DNA of 64,000 bases from Octopus sinensis (lineage: Eukaryota). Below the pieces are notes generated by a model, which was not told where the DNA came from, made no database searches, and was given only the letters and a program-made list of their open reading frames with translations. The stretch lies in contig NC_042998.1 of assembly GCF_006345805.1 (NCBI RefSeq), positions 88,040,001 through 88,104,000 on the forward strand. The letters are read 5' to 3'. Positions 13,647 to 25,120 of this stretch are shown here, in pieces (within the stretch, counting starts at the first letter, position 1; each line of letters begins with the position of its first letter). The position numbers were made by a program, and so were the translations under genes.

Positions 13647-14009
13647 TTGTAGGTAATAAAATCTGTGAACAAATTTCTTCCAAATCGCATTTTTTACACT
13701 TTGTATAGGTTAATAGCATTTTATGTACGTCTACAACAAATTGTAAGCTATATCAATATATTTGCTCCAATTCTTTACATGTATATTCTCTATACAGTTA
13801 TCTTAACTTTTGTTCAGATTCTATTTGAATTCAGTTTGTTTCCTTACATGCTTTGACTATGCATGTTTTTTCCAGACTATCAGGGTCTATTCTTCATTAA
13901 GAAAAATATGTAAATTATTACTTATCTTACATAAGACCAAGTTTTGTTATTTTCCTCACTTAATCCAATGGCTTGTTTTTTCTCTTCTTGTTTTGCAAAT
14001 TACTTGGCA

Positions 14010-14209
14010 ACCCCACTGATGCTGATGGCATGAAAAGCGCACTTGATACACTCTGGGAAGTGGTTGGGGTTATGAAGAGCATCCAGCCATAGAAACCATG
14101 CTAAAGATGACACTGGAGCTTGACACAGTCCTGTGGCTCATCAGATCCTGTCAAAGCATCCACTCCACACTAGTTTGAAGAACAGATGTTAATGTTGATG
14201 ATGTTGACA

Positions 14210-14246
<37 letters not shown>
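14010..14246 (+). mobile_element. RTEX-tail-derived repeat ending in long (GAT)n
   Basis: gtggttggggttatgaagagcatccagcc followed by a (GAT)n tail. Confidence 0.65.
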
Positions 14247-16028
14247 GGGGCAACTTCTTCAGAAACATAAAAGATCAAGAATTGAATGCTAAAAGGAAAT
14301 ATATAGAATGTTCTTTGTCATCATAAATTTTATCTTATTTCTATCCTTGGGTGCTTTTCAGTAAGAATGATCATAAGGCAACATCAAAATTACTATGAAA
14401 TTCTCTTCAAAATTATGTAATGAACAATCTTAGATCTGAAGTCATTTGCAAAATAGGACCATATTTATAACATTTACTCAGAGCTGTGTTCTCACACTTC
14501 TTATGTAAATTCACATAAATTGTTACATAAATTTTCATGTAACCTTATCAATTTCTAATTTCAACTTTACAAATTATATTCTCCAATAAAATCATTTTTA
14601 ATGTTCAAAATATAATTATAAGATTAATCTTCAAGTAATGGATGGTAATAATTCTGCAGAGAAAGTAATAATTGGATTTTACATCAGAGAATGCACTATA
14701 AAATACACATTATCTCAAAATAAAAAGACTTGAACTCCATGCTGTCATCAAATGAGATAATTGTTAACTATACAGTGTTCCTGCTGCTTCAGTTGTGACA
14801 TAAATCTAATGTGTGGTGTCTATATACAGTTATCCAAACTGAGCCTGAAGCGGTTAAGTGCCCTAACCATAAAGATATCAGTTTCAAAGCTAAGAAATGA
14901 ACCATTAATCCAGTAATCTCATTATTCAATTGATAGTTCTTTTATATGTTTAGCCCTACATAAATTCAGTAACATTAATACTATTGGTTTCAAATTTTGG
15001 CACAAAGCCAGCAATCTCAGGGGAGAGGGTAAGTTTTGAGAGAAAGGATAAGTTTCACGGGAGAGGTTAAGTTAGGCTTTTCCAAACACTTATATGCTGT
15101 AATTTCTATCTAGTTCGTTATCACCTGGTACTTATTTTATTGATTCTTAAAGGATGAATGGTAGAGTCAACTTTGGTGGAATTTCCACTCAGAATGTAAA
15201 GACAGACAAAGCATTTTCCCCAGTCTGCTAAAGAAAATATATTGTTGTTGTAACTTTATTGTTGAGAGAGTCTGTACAAAATAAATATTGCTAAAATTCA
15301 TGCAGGTGGGTACTAAGAATATGTTTTCAAAAGCATCTCTTTTACATATATTGATTACTTACATTGATACAAGGTCATAAATTACTTATCTGTAGCTTAT
15401 TTTACCAGCTGAGATGAAAGCCAAAGTCAGTCTCTGCATGATATTAACTCAGAATATAGAAGCATTTCAGCATTTGAGAATCATTTAGCAGAGTACCTGA
15501 CTAAAAAGACTGTGTTAAGATGATATACTGTTTTCTGCCAATCCTCTCATTTTAGGCTTAAACTAAGTATAAAAGAGAAATACAAAGACATAAACTACAA
15601 GCTTTCATTCTCAGTATATATTTTATTGACCCCAGAGGAATGAAAACCAATCTTGGTTGGAGTAAAAGTCAGGAAATAAATGGAAAAATCTAAAATGCTG
15701 ACATGCATTTAATAAGTTACATCTAACTCATTTTAATAAAAGCAATAACACTGTTAATGTTTGCCATGCTTTCCGCTTTAATACAGTGGTACCCAAACTT
15801 GAAGGCCTTACATGATTTCCAAGACTCCACATAACAAAGAACTACATATGGACAACTACAGCTACCCTAATTTTAATGTGACGTTAAATAAAACCAAAAC
15901 TGTTTTTGAAACAGACGGTGTACACACACACACACATGCAAACACACACATATGTATGTATGTATGTATGTTGTATGTATGTATGTATGTATGTATGTAT
16001 GTATGTATGTATGTATGTATGTATGTAT

Positions 16029-17041
16029 CATCACCACAGTCATCATTTAGCATCTGTTTTCCATGCTGGTATGGGTTGGATGGTTTGACAGGAGCTGGCA
16101 AAGTCAGGAGTCAAACCAGGTGCCATTGTCTGTTTTGGCATGGTTTTTAAAGCTGGATGGCCTTCTTAATGCCAACCATTTTACAGAGTGTACTGAGTGC
16201 ATTCCATGTGGCATCAGCACCAACAGGATTACCAATACCTTGCACAGACCACTCGTATATAGAGGCATGTATGTATGTATGTATGTATATCATTAGTCAG
16301 TTTATTTCAAAATTTTTTGTTAATAGAGAAAGAACTGGTTTCTAACCTAGATCCAAGGCTCCTTCATTGGAATTTCAACATCAGCAACGGTATTTTTGTT
16401 TGTGTGTATGTATGTATGTATGTATGTCAGGTCACTTTCGAGTGCTACTGGTAACATGTAACCCAGTACAACCTGTTGCATGGTCGGGTCGTCGGCGACT
16501 AAAGCGGCGCAACCCCACCAAGCTTGCTTGGTGAGGAGGGTGATTATTGGACACCCTGCGGGATGAAAAACAAAACCCGTCAAAGGGCAGAGGAACTCTT
16601 GAGAGTCAATGGCCATCCAATAAATGTCTTAAGACTGTATCATGCGCGGGGACATAGAAATAATTGGACTGAATACCCGATCGCGCGGTTAAACCATTGG
16701 GAGTGAAGGACTCCTAGCCTTTGTTAGGGCATCCTTCTAGGAGAAGGTAACTCAGGTAACTCCGACATAAAACCTGCGGCTCAGTAGTTACCAATGATGT
16801 TGACTTGTTCTTCTATTCGGATTATGGCTGCTGTTGCTTAGTAAGTGGGATTGGCTCAGTGCACAGCCTTTCCCCACTTTAAAAAAAACTTCTTGCACAG
16901 GCATTGCACGATAACAACATTGATTAAGCTTCGTGCAATGGCCATACTCTATAACGAGGGGGCAGCCACCACCACCACCACCATGCATGCATGCATGCAT
17001 GCATGCATGCATGCATGCATGCATGCATGTATGTATGTATG

Positions 17042-17073
<32 letters not shown>

Positions 17074-18036
17074 TCATCACCACAGTCATCATTTAGCATC
17101 TGTTTTCCATGCTGGTATGGGTTGGATGGTTTGACAGGAGCTGGCAAAGTCAGGAGTCAAACCAGGTGCCATTGTCTGTTTTGGCATGGTTTTTAAAGCT
17201 GGATGGCCTTCTTAATGCCAACCATTTTACAGAGTGTACTGAGTGCATTCCATGTGGCATCAGCACCAACAGGATTACCAAATACCTTGCACAGACCACT
17301 CGTATATAGAGGCATGTATGTATGTATGTATGTATGTATATCATTAGTCAGTTTATTTCAAAATTTTTTGTTAATAGAGAAAGAACTGGTTTCTAACCTA
17401 GATCCAAGGCTCCTTCATTGGAATTTCAACATCAGCAACGGTATTTTTGTTTGTGTGTATGTATGTATGTATGTATGTCAGGTCACTTTCGAGTGCTACT
17501 GGTAACATGTAACCCAGTACAACCTGTTGCATGGTCGGGTCGTCGGCGACTAAAGCGGCGCAACCCCACCAAGCTTGCTTGGTGAGGAGGGTGATTATTG
17601 GACACCCTGCGGGATGAAAAACAAAACCCGTCAAAGGGCAGAGGAACTCTTGAGAGTCAATGGCCATCCAATAAATGTCTTAAGACTGTATCATGCGCGG
17701 GGACATAAAATAATTGGACTGAATACCCGATCGCGCGGTTAAACCATTGGGAGTGAAGGACTCCTAGCCTTTGTTAGGGCATCCTTCTAGGAGAAGGTAA
17801 CTCAGGTAACTCCGACATAAAACCTGCGGCTCAGTAGTTACCAATGATGTTGACTTGTTCTTCTATTCGGATTATGGCTGCTGTTGCTTAGTAAGTGGGA
17901 TTGGCTCAGTGCACAGCCTTTCCCCACTTTAAAAAAAAACTTCTTGCACAGGCATTGCACGATAACAACATTGATTAAGCTTCGTGCAATGGCCATACTC
18001 TATAACGAGGGGGCAGCCACCACCACCACCACCACC
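16029..18036. repeat. Head-to-tail tandem duplication of a ~1.05 kb unit (16029-16982 and 17075-18036)
   Basis: Near-identical copies offset by 1046-1051 bp (same ORFs at 16347 and 17398). Bounded and separated by (ATGT)n and (ATGC)n arrays. Confidence 0.95.
16428..16965 (+). mobile_element. RTE-type 5' UTR-like segment (duplicated at ~17479-18016)
   Basis: CpG-rich. Contains gggcatccttctaggagaaggtaactc, resembling the CTAGGAGAAGG-AAACTC motif I recall from RTE/BovB 5' UTRs. No ORF2 follows. Confidence 0.5.
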
Positions 18037-18257
18037 ATGCATGCATGCATGCATGCATGCATGCATGCATGCATGCATGCATGCATGCATGTATGTATGT
18101 ATGTATGTATGTATGTATGTATGTATGTATGTATGTATGAATGAATGAAAACAAAGAATAAATGAAAATACACATACTAGCTAAATCCGTCTTCCATTGA
18201 TATATAGAGAACCAGCGACTATTCAGTTACTGATATTGCTGACAGCTAGCAGACTGG

Positions 18258-18466
18258 TTAAAAATTAGATATTAGCGATAGTGGTTGTATTATTACCAAA
18301 TGGCAATTTTTATACCCTACTTAACGTGGATATATTATATGAGTGCCGTAAAATTGCGATTTTCACTCTTAGAGAGTCTCTCGTGTAGGTATCTAGCATA
18401 TAAAAACACAGCGGTATCGAAAATAGTCGAGTACCGGTAGTGGAATCGCTAATATCTAACTTTTAA
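18258..18466. mobile_element. MITE-like element with 18-bp TIRs between TTAA sites
   Basis: TTAA-AAATTAGATATTAGCGAT ... ATCGCTAATATCTAACTT-TTAA (17/18 match). Confidence 0.55.
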
Positions 18467-19077
18467 ACGGCGTTGGTGGAAGAGGGGGCCAGCATGCAGT
18501 TGAACAGATATCTCTGCTGCAAGAAACGCTAAAATCACGTGATACAACAGATCTGTCACCGGTGCCTCTGTGTTTCACTCTTTGAGTGAATACTGCAGTC
18601 TTGCGGTGCTCCTTTGATATATTCACGTCATAAAGGTTGCCATTCGGTTATGATATCGCCTCCGTCATTAATATCTAAGAAAATTATATGATGCTATCAG
18701 TTTTAATTAGCGGCCTAACTGGAATGAAAAATGTGATAAACGTTCAAGTGGGATTTATTGCAATTTTTATTGTTCAAGTGAATTCTGTGTTTTAATTAGA
18801 TCAAAAAGAAAAAAAAAAGATCTAGCTGTAACAATAACAGCGTTCTTTATTGCATTGCAGGAGTCGAAGGTAAAGGAAGGTGTATGACATCACAATTGAT
18901 ACTAATCTAGTGGAAATGGCTAACACAAATGATTGACCAAAAGCGATCTGAATAATGAGTTTTATGTTTTGATTGATTGTTATTGCACAATAAATCATAC
19001 GTTTTAATGCTGTTAAGCAAATCGTTACCTGAAAGGAGTGAGAGAGTGAGAGAGAGAGAGGGAGAGAGAGAGAGAGA

Positions 19078-20215
19078 TTTTTTATTATAATAATAACTAT
19101 CGATGTACAGAAAAGGACAATACAAGACGTTACAAAAAATGATGCTATGTGAGTTCATATGATAACTTCAAAAATTCAATGATGTATATATATAATTTTT
19201 AAACATTTTCCCATAGACTTATGGCCGTGAAGTCCAGCGACTACACCTTGCTTCTACCATGGATGAGATTAAGTAGGGACAATCACGCCCAACTTCCTCG
19301 TAACATCCTTCCATCTTTTCTTGTATATACTTCGCGACAAGTGTCTCCTCTTCAGCCCTATCTTGCTTTTCAGATGATATCTGAAGTAATACAGTAGACC
19401 AGGACCAGAGATGAAAGATCTTGTCACGAATCCTTGCATTCTGGTTCTCCATACACACTCTTTCAACACTGCGACTGTACACAAAAAAACATGCCTCACC
19501 TTCTTTTGATAGTCAAGTTGGCGGTACAATCACAGACTCTGCTGATAGCTGTACTCTTCCCAGATGCGACAACACGTGTACTACGTAAATTATCAATCCC
19601 AAAAGCTCCGGGCACTGAACAAGAAGAGTGTGCAGGACAGTTTCATTGTCCTGCCCACACCTTGGGCACGCCGGTGGCACTGATACTCCATGCCTGAACA
19701 ATTTTTCGTTAACAGATAACGCGTTCCTATAGCACTGCCAGGTCAGGGATTTTTGGTAATTATCCAAATACCCTGGCCTGAAAGATCTTTGAAACAGGTT
19801 GGCTAGCTGGTTCTCATCGAGTCCCAGTGCTTCTCCTAGGACGTCATCGCTCTTAAACTCTACCATCCCTTTATAAAATACCAAGGTAGTATTCCCGCTG
19901 CCGGCCTTTCCCGCTATGTAGATTAGTGCGAGTGCCTGTCAGAACTCCCTTTGCCATCAGTTGTATACCGTCTTTTAATCAATCGGGTGTGAATTCTTCC
20001 TATGAGGCCGGCCGTGGAAAGAGTTCCTCCGCAAGCGAATTCTACACCTGGCCATCATCCAGACAGAGCCAGAGATGCCTTAGCCTCAGTACATGCCTGT
20101 ACATCATTAGCCGCGGCATCCCTAACCCACCCTTTAGCGGTTCTTGACAGCATACGGAGCGTTTCACAGGCGGCTTTCCTCCTTTCCACAAAGAAAGAGA
20201 CAGACAGACAGAAAG
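19078..20215 (-). mobile_element. L1/Tx1-clade LINE ORF2 C-terminal remnant
   Basis: Minus frames give PLKGGLGMP and WQCYRNALSVNEKLFRHGVSVPPACPRCGQDNETVLHTLLVQC (zf-RVT-like CxxC..H..C); frameshifted. Confidence 0.8.
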
Positions 20216-20639
20216 AGAGAACATCAATATCCGACTGACCTTAACGATGGGAATTTTCAGCAGAAATGTTCTTTAAGCAGATTTTAGAAAATAGAACTGC
20301 AAACTTTTGAATGTAATTAACTTTGAGACATTTTCAAATTGTTTTTGGTTAATTTGAGAATATTATTGACAATTACAGCTACAACAATATTAACAGCAGA
20401 AAGGTCTGTAGAACGACCGTGCGAAAGGAGAGGTGACGAATGAATGACTCCTTTAAACACCGCACGGTCGCCTTACAATAAAAACCAAAATATGGATAAA
20501 TGAATATGAGTGCTAGAAACGAAAAGAGAAGACGACACAATCGTAAATGTTAAGTGAAAGATTTATTTTAGATGTTAACATGTGGGTAGCAGAGTGTGTG
20601 TATGTGTGTGTGTGTATCATAAATACATATATAATAACA

Positions 20640-21413
20640 ATAATAATAGACAGGCCGTCATGCATACAATAATGTGTATGTGTGTGTACAAACAAGGGCG
20701 TATGCGTGTGAGATAAAATACAGAGCAATAGAAAGAGTCTATGACAGGATGCTAGAAGTTCAGACACAAGTTGAAGATAAATACCAGTTCATAGTAAGAT
20801 ACACAATAGTTGGAGTTCTGTACAAGAAGTTGAGGTCACAAGGCAGAGCCGGTTGAACACATGTCGCGTAAGCGGTTGTGGCTTCTATGCTGTGCCGGGT
20901 TACTTCGTACAGAAGGTTCTCGCAGGTTAAGCTTACTGTTAACTATGGTGAAGTATTCACAAACAGTGAGAAGTTAAACTTAGGAGAAGTTGCTGTTGGC
21001 GTCGTTAATATGAAGGCGACGGTGGTGGAGGCAACGTTAAGATGAAGGCAACGTAGGTAGAGGTCCGGAAATACTGCTAGTGGTGTTGTCTGTCGCTGGA
21101 ACTGACTGTCGCTGATACTGGCTGAGTGCTCTGTGGTCAGTGACTAGACCTTAGAAGGTCTAGAGCCAAAGACGCTCGATTCGATGAATCGCTGTGTTTT
21201 ATAGCAAATTATAGGCTCAAACGGACCATTTAGAAGACTGTGTCACGAGACCTTATCAGAAGGTTGCGATTGGTTGGGTTGCATATTGGCGTGTAATACA
21301 GCAAGAGACAAACTGCGCCAAGACCAACCAATCAGAGTAGTGGACACAACAGGGCCCAAGCGGCCGAAGGTTAGCTGTTATCTGCAACGTCCGTATTTAT
21401 GTTATATATGTCA
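20640..21413 (-). mobile_element. Solo-LTR-like sequence
   Basis: Minus strand begins TG at 21413, has CCAAT boxes (21269-21273, 21285-21289; opposite strand 21328-21332) and TATAAAA at 21197-21203; CpG-rich. No matching TSD or clear left end found. Confidence 0.4.
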
Positions 21414-22019
21414 GAGAGAGGGAGAGAGAGAGAAAGAATGAATTTCACTAAGGGTACGCTATAGGTATTTTAGCAAACCCAAACACATCGAAAACCTTTT
21501 AATATTTAAAATGTCTCAAGGCGGCGAGATGGCAGAAACGATAGCACGCCGGTCGATCTAATCGACTGGCCCCATCCCCCCAAATTTCGGGCCTTGTGCC
21601 TAGAGTAGAAAAGAATATTTGAATATTTAAAATGTCTTTTACCTGAGCTGTTGATTTAGTAAGACAGAATATTGAATCAAGCATCACAAGAGAAGCTGGC
21701 TTTTATAAGAAACATATAAGAAGTGTTGTAGATTTTAAAAAACCTCCAGAAAAGTTAATTTCATTAGCTTTGGGGACTTACAGCTTCTTTCTATAAATAC
21801 ACAGTTATCTGGTTATTCTTGTGCACAAGAAATAAAACATTAGCAAAAGTTCACCAGTTGATCAGTTGACCATACTGAGGTAACTTGAAATTAGACAACT
21901 GTTCAATTATACTTGTCGCCTTATATTCATAACGATATATAAAAAAAGACTTAATTTCGAATTTAAGATTCATTTGAACCACTAATACTCAATTTTGAGA
22001 AGGAGGATTCCTTCCTGTG

Positions 22020-22600
22020 GTACTCAAAAATAACCTTGTTAGGCTTTTGCAAAAGTTCTTTTAAAGATCATGCTCGAAGAACTAAGACTAAAAGTGACAT
22101 TCGATATGGAGCAGACGAACGCGATATAAAACAAAGCGGAAATGAAGAACAAGCATTGTACGGTGGAAAGATGGAATCACCTGAGGAAAGAGATAAACTT
22201 TTAAACAGTGATAATGAATTGAGCGGAAGCTAAGGTTTCAAAAATTTTGAAAACCTTAAATATTTACAAATAGATGAATAGTCATCAATCACCAGAAATA
22301 TAACAAAAACAATTTCAAAGCAAATAAAAGGAATTGGAACGATGCAAGAGAGAACACTAAAAAGAACGAACTATGGTGGAAAAGAAGAACAAGAGAATAT
22401 ATAAGTAGTAATGTTTTAGAAAGTAAACTGTAAGAACAATTGATAATTATAAGGAAATATAATGAACTATATAGAAAGTACAGAATAAAGGGGATGCGAA
22501 AACTAACAATGGTTAGAAAGAGTGATTGTGAAAACAGCTAGGGTTGAAAAACGGATAAAACTAATATAGATAAAACGCTATCGTAGACAAGGATTTTTTT
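22020..22600 (+). mobile_element. Highly decayed LINE RT-region remnant
   Basis: A-rich sense strand; LLGFCKSSFKDHARRTK loosely resembles the RT DxxKAFDxvxrxxL region; many stops. Confidence 0.3.
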
Positions 22601-22912
22601 TTTTACCAGCTGTGAAATGAAATTATTAGATACGAAAGAATGATTCTTGATGAAGGAAAAGCTTTTGTAATGACATTTAGGCGGTTGTTTAAAAACTACC
22701 AATGTAAAGGAGAGTAAAATTTCTGATAAGAAATATTAAAACAAATAAAACTGCATATATAAGATAAAATCCTTACAGAACAAAAAAATATGTCAGCAAC
22801 CAGCCTGTTTGGCCATTTTTACCTAGTCAGAGGCTGCTATTTTGTGCGTGACAACATGTGTTGTCAACTATAAACAAATGAAATATTGGCGGAATTCTGC
22901 TTTGCACACGTC

Positions 22913-23681
22913 ATATACTCTTTTACTTGTTTCGAGCAAATCGACCCCAGGACTTATTCTTTGTAAGCCTAGTACTTCTTCTATCGGTCTCTTTTGCCGA
23001 ACCGCTAAGTTACGGGGATGTAAACACACCAGCATCGGTTGTCAAGCGATGTGGGGAGGGGGGCGGATCTTTTCGGTTTGAACGCAGTTTTTAAAAATAA
23101 TTTCCACGTAACTAAACACTTTTAAACTTTGTATACTGGTAGAATGTGTTTATAAAACATCTTTTTCTCTTGGCTTTATTGAGAAAATTCTATAGTTTGT
23201 AAGATATTTGTTGTTTTTTTCTTCGATTTCAGCAATTTCTATCAATCAATGACGTCTATTGAGGAGAAAACTTTCTGTGCCGTATGAATATGTCCCTCGT
23301 TTAAGAAACAGATTGGGTTTATTTACATTTCTGAAGAAAAAAAAGATACCCTTCCCCCCACCCCTAACTCTAACCCTAAAACAGATTGAAATGTAATAGA
23401 TCGATACTAGGGTCATAATTATGGGTGACAATTTCATATGACGCCGCTAGAAAAAACTGCCGTTCAAACGGGAAAGATCCAGGTGGACAAACACAGACAC
23501 ACAAACATATACATACACATACATATATACGACAGGCTTCTTTCAGTTTCCGTCTACCAAATCCACTCACAAGGCTTTGGTCGGCCCGAGGATATAATAG
23601 AGAACAGTTGCCCAAGTGGGACTCAACCCGGAACCATGTGGTTGGTAAGCAAGCTACTTATCACACAGCCACTCCTGCGTC
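22913..23681 (-). mobile_element. SINE family A copy interrupted by a TIR element at 23065-23480
   Basis: The two halves rejoin into the family consensus gtcaagcgatg...gg|acaaacacagacac. Confidence 0.85.
23065..23480. mobile_element. 416-bp non-autonomous DNA transposon, ~28-bp TIRs, GG termini (Merlin-like?)
   Basis: GGATCTTTTCGGTTTGAACG-CAGTTTT versus reverse complement GGATCTTTCCCGTTTGAACGGCAGTTTT. Flanks AGGGGGGC and AGGTGGAC match at 6/8. Inserted in a SINE. Confidence 0.75.
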
Positions 23682-24024
23682 CGAATTTTCAGAATTTTTT
23701 TGTGAATTTGTGTTCCACACACGGGCATTCAAAAAATTATGCAACCCCATCACCACCAAAAAAAAATTAAAAAGAAAATTGCCACGTGATTTAAGGCCTA
23801 TTTCGCTATTATTTCTAGCATATCTTACGACCACGTCATACTTCATGTATTTTAAGTATTTAGTTGTGTCTGGGGAGAGTCATTTTCTTTTTGTGCCTTA
23901 TAATATGCTTCAACACATGAACTCACATAAAGAATCTTGCAAACCAAATCCCCTAACGAAATTTAAGTATTTAGATAAGCAGAAAATGAGCACGTGGGTA
24001 AGCAGCTTGGTAACAGCTTGGCAT

Positions 24025-24038
24025 GTTACTATGGAAAC
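24025..24038. promoter_or_regulatory. RFX X-box-like motif GTTACTATGGAAAC
   Basis: Full match to the relaxed X-box consensus GTHNYY-AT-RRNAAC. CACGTG E-boxes nearby at 23783-23788 and 23991-23996. Confidence 0.4.
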
Positions 24039-24299
24039 AGACACCTATATGTCTGTGCTTTTCGACTGGCTAAAATTAACCAAAATTTGCAAACTTTAAA
24101 AGCTATTAAATGAATTCGAATAGATATTGAAGAAATTGAAAAGTGGCAACCAAACAGAAAAGATCCTTCTACAAATACCTTTCAGATGGTGTAGATTACC
24201 ATTATATCGAAATTTAATGTGTGTGTGTGTGATGGTGAGTGCGTACACATACATACTGATACACATCAGATATTTTTTTTTTTAATATTTCAAAGTTTA

Positions 24300-25120
24300 T
24301 TTTGTCGATATCTATATGATGCATGTCATTATATAGGCATGCGCTCACTTTTTCCTCCCACATTAAATTTTGATATAATCGTAGTCTCTACACTGTCTGA
24401 AACGTAAAACATTCCATTGAGAAATAATATTTTCCCTTAAAGTTGACGGGCACATTCTCGACAACAAACAAATCACGCCATCGCCAACGGTGACATATTT
24501 ATTAACAACAAAGTAATACAATAAAACCCGAGTATTTCTGACTTTAACATACATACTCATAAAACATTTGACATCGTAGTAATTGATATAACTTCAACAT
24601 ATTTAAAATTAATCGTAATGCCATTAACAATAGTTATGATCTCAGTAACTTCCTTTATTAATGTTAACCAGTTTTTACGACTACTACTATAGTAAGTTAA
24701 TGTATCTCTTTGCATTTATCATTGCCCATAAAGAATATGCAATCAAATTACAATAAAAACACACATTGAACGCGCATGTATACTAATCTGAATACCCCTT
24801 TGTCTTCCTCAAATTATTTCCACTATTTAATTCTGACCTAAAAAATTATAATAAATTAGTCTACATATATTCTTCGCATTGGTATAAAATAAAACTGAAA
24901 GCAAGACGAATTTAATAAGCGCATGTAGTGAAGGGAAGCAACTCTAAATGTTTGACTACCACGCCAGGACCTGATTTGTGCATTGCAACTTTTCTCCCTT
25001 GTTTTAAAGACAACAACATTTACTTTCGCGGGTACGAACAGCTGAGAGCATATTACACAACAGAAAACTAAGACAACTTCTTCATAACATCGAAGGGCTG
25101 GAGACTTATAATAGAGAAAT
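24300..25120 (+). promoter_or_regulatory. Probable SLC25A10 promoter and 5' UTR
   Basis: Non-repetitive, CpG-retaining sequence directly upstream of the ATG. GCGCATG cores at 24337-24344 (minus), 24772-24778 and 24919-24925. The TSS cannot be determined from sequence alone. Confidence 0.55.

Noticed and set aside
16964-16990. GCCACCACC...ATG Kozak-like start (also ~18015-18040)
   Set aside because: A (CAC)n run abutting an (ATGC)n microsatellite; the ORF is only HACM repeats.
23425-24099. Longest ORF in the track (224 aa, +)
   Set aside because: It runs across a TIR-element end, an antisense SINE and AT-rich promoter DNA; no recognisable domain.
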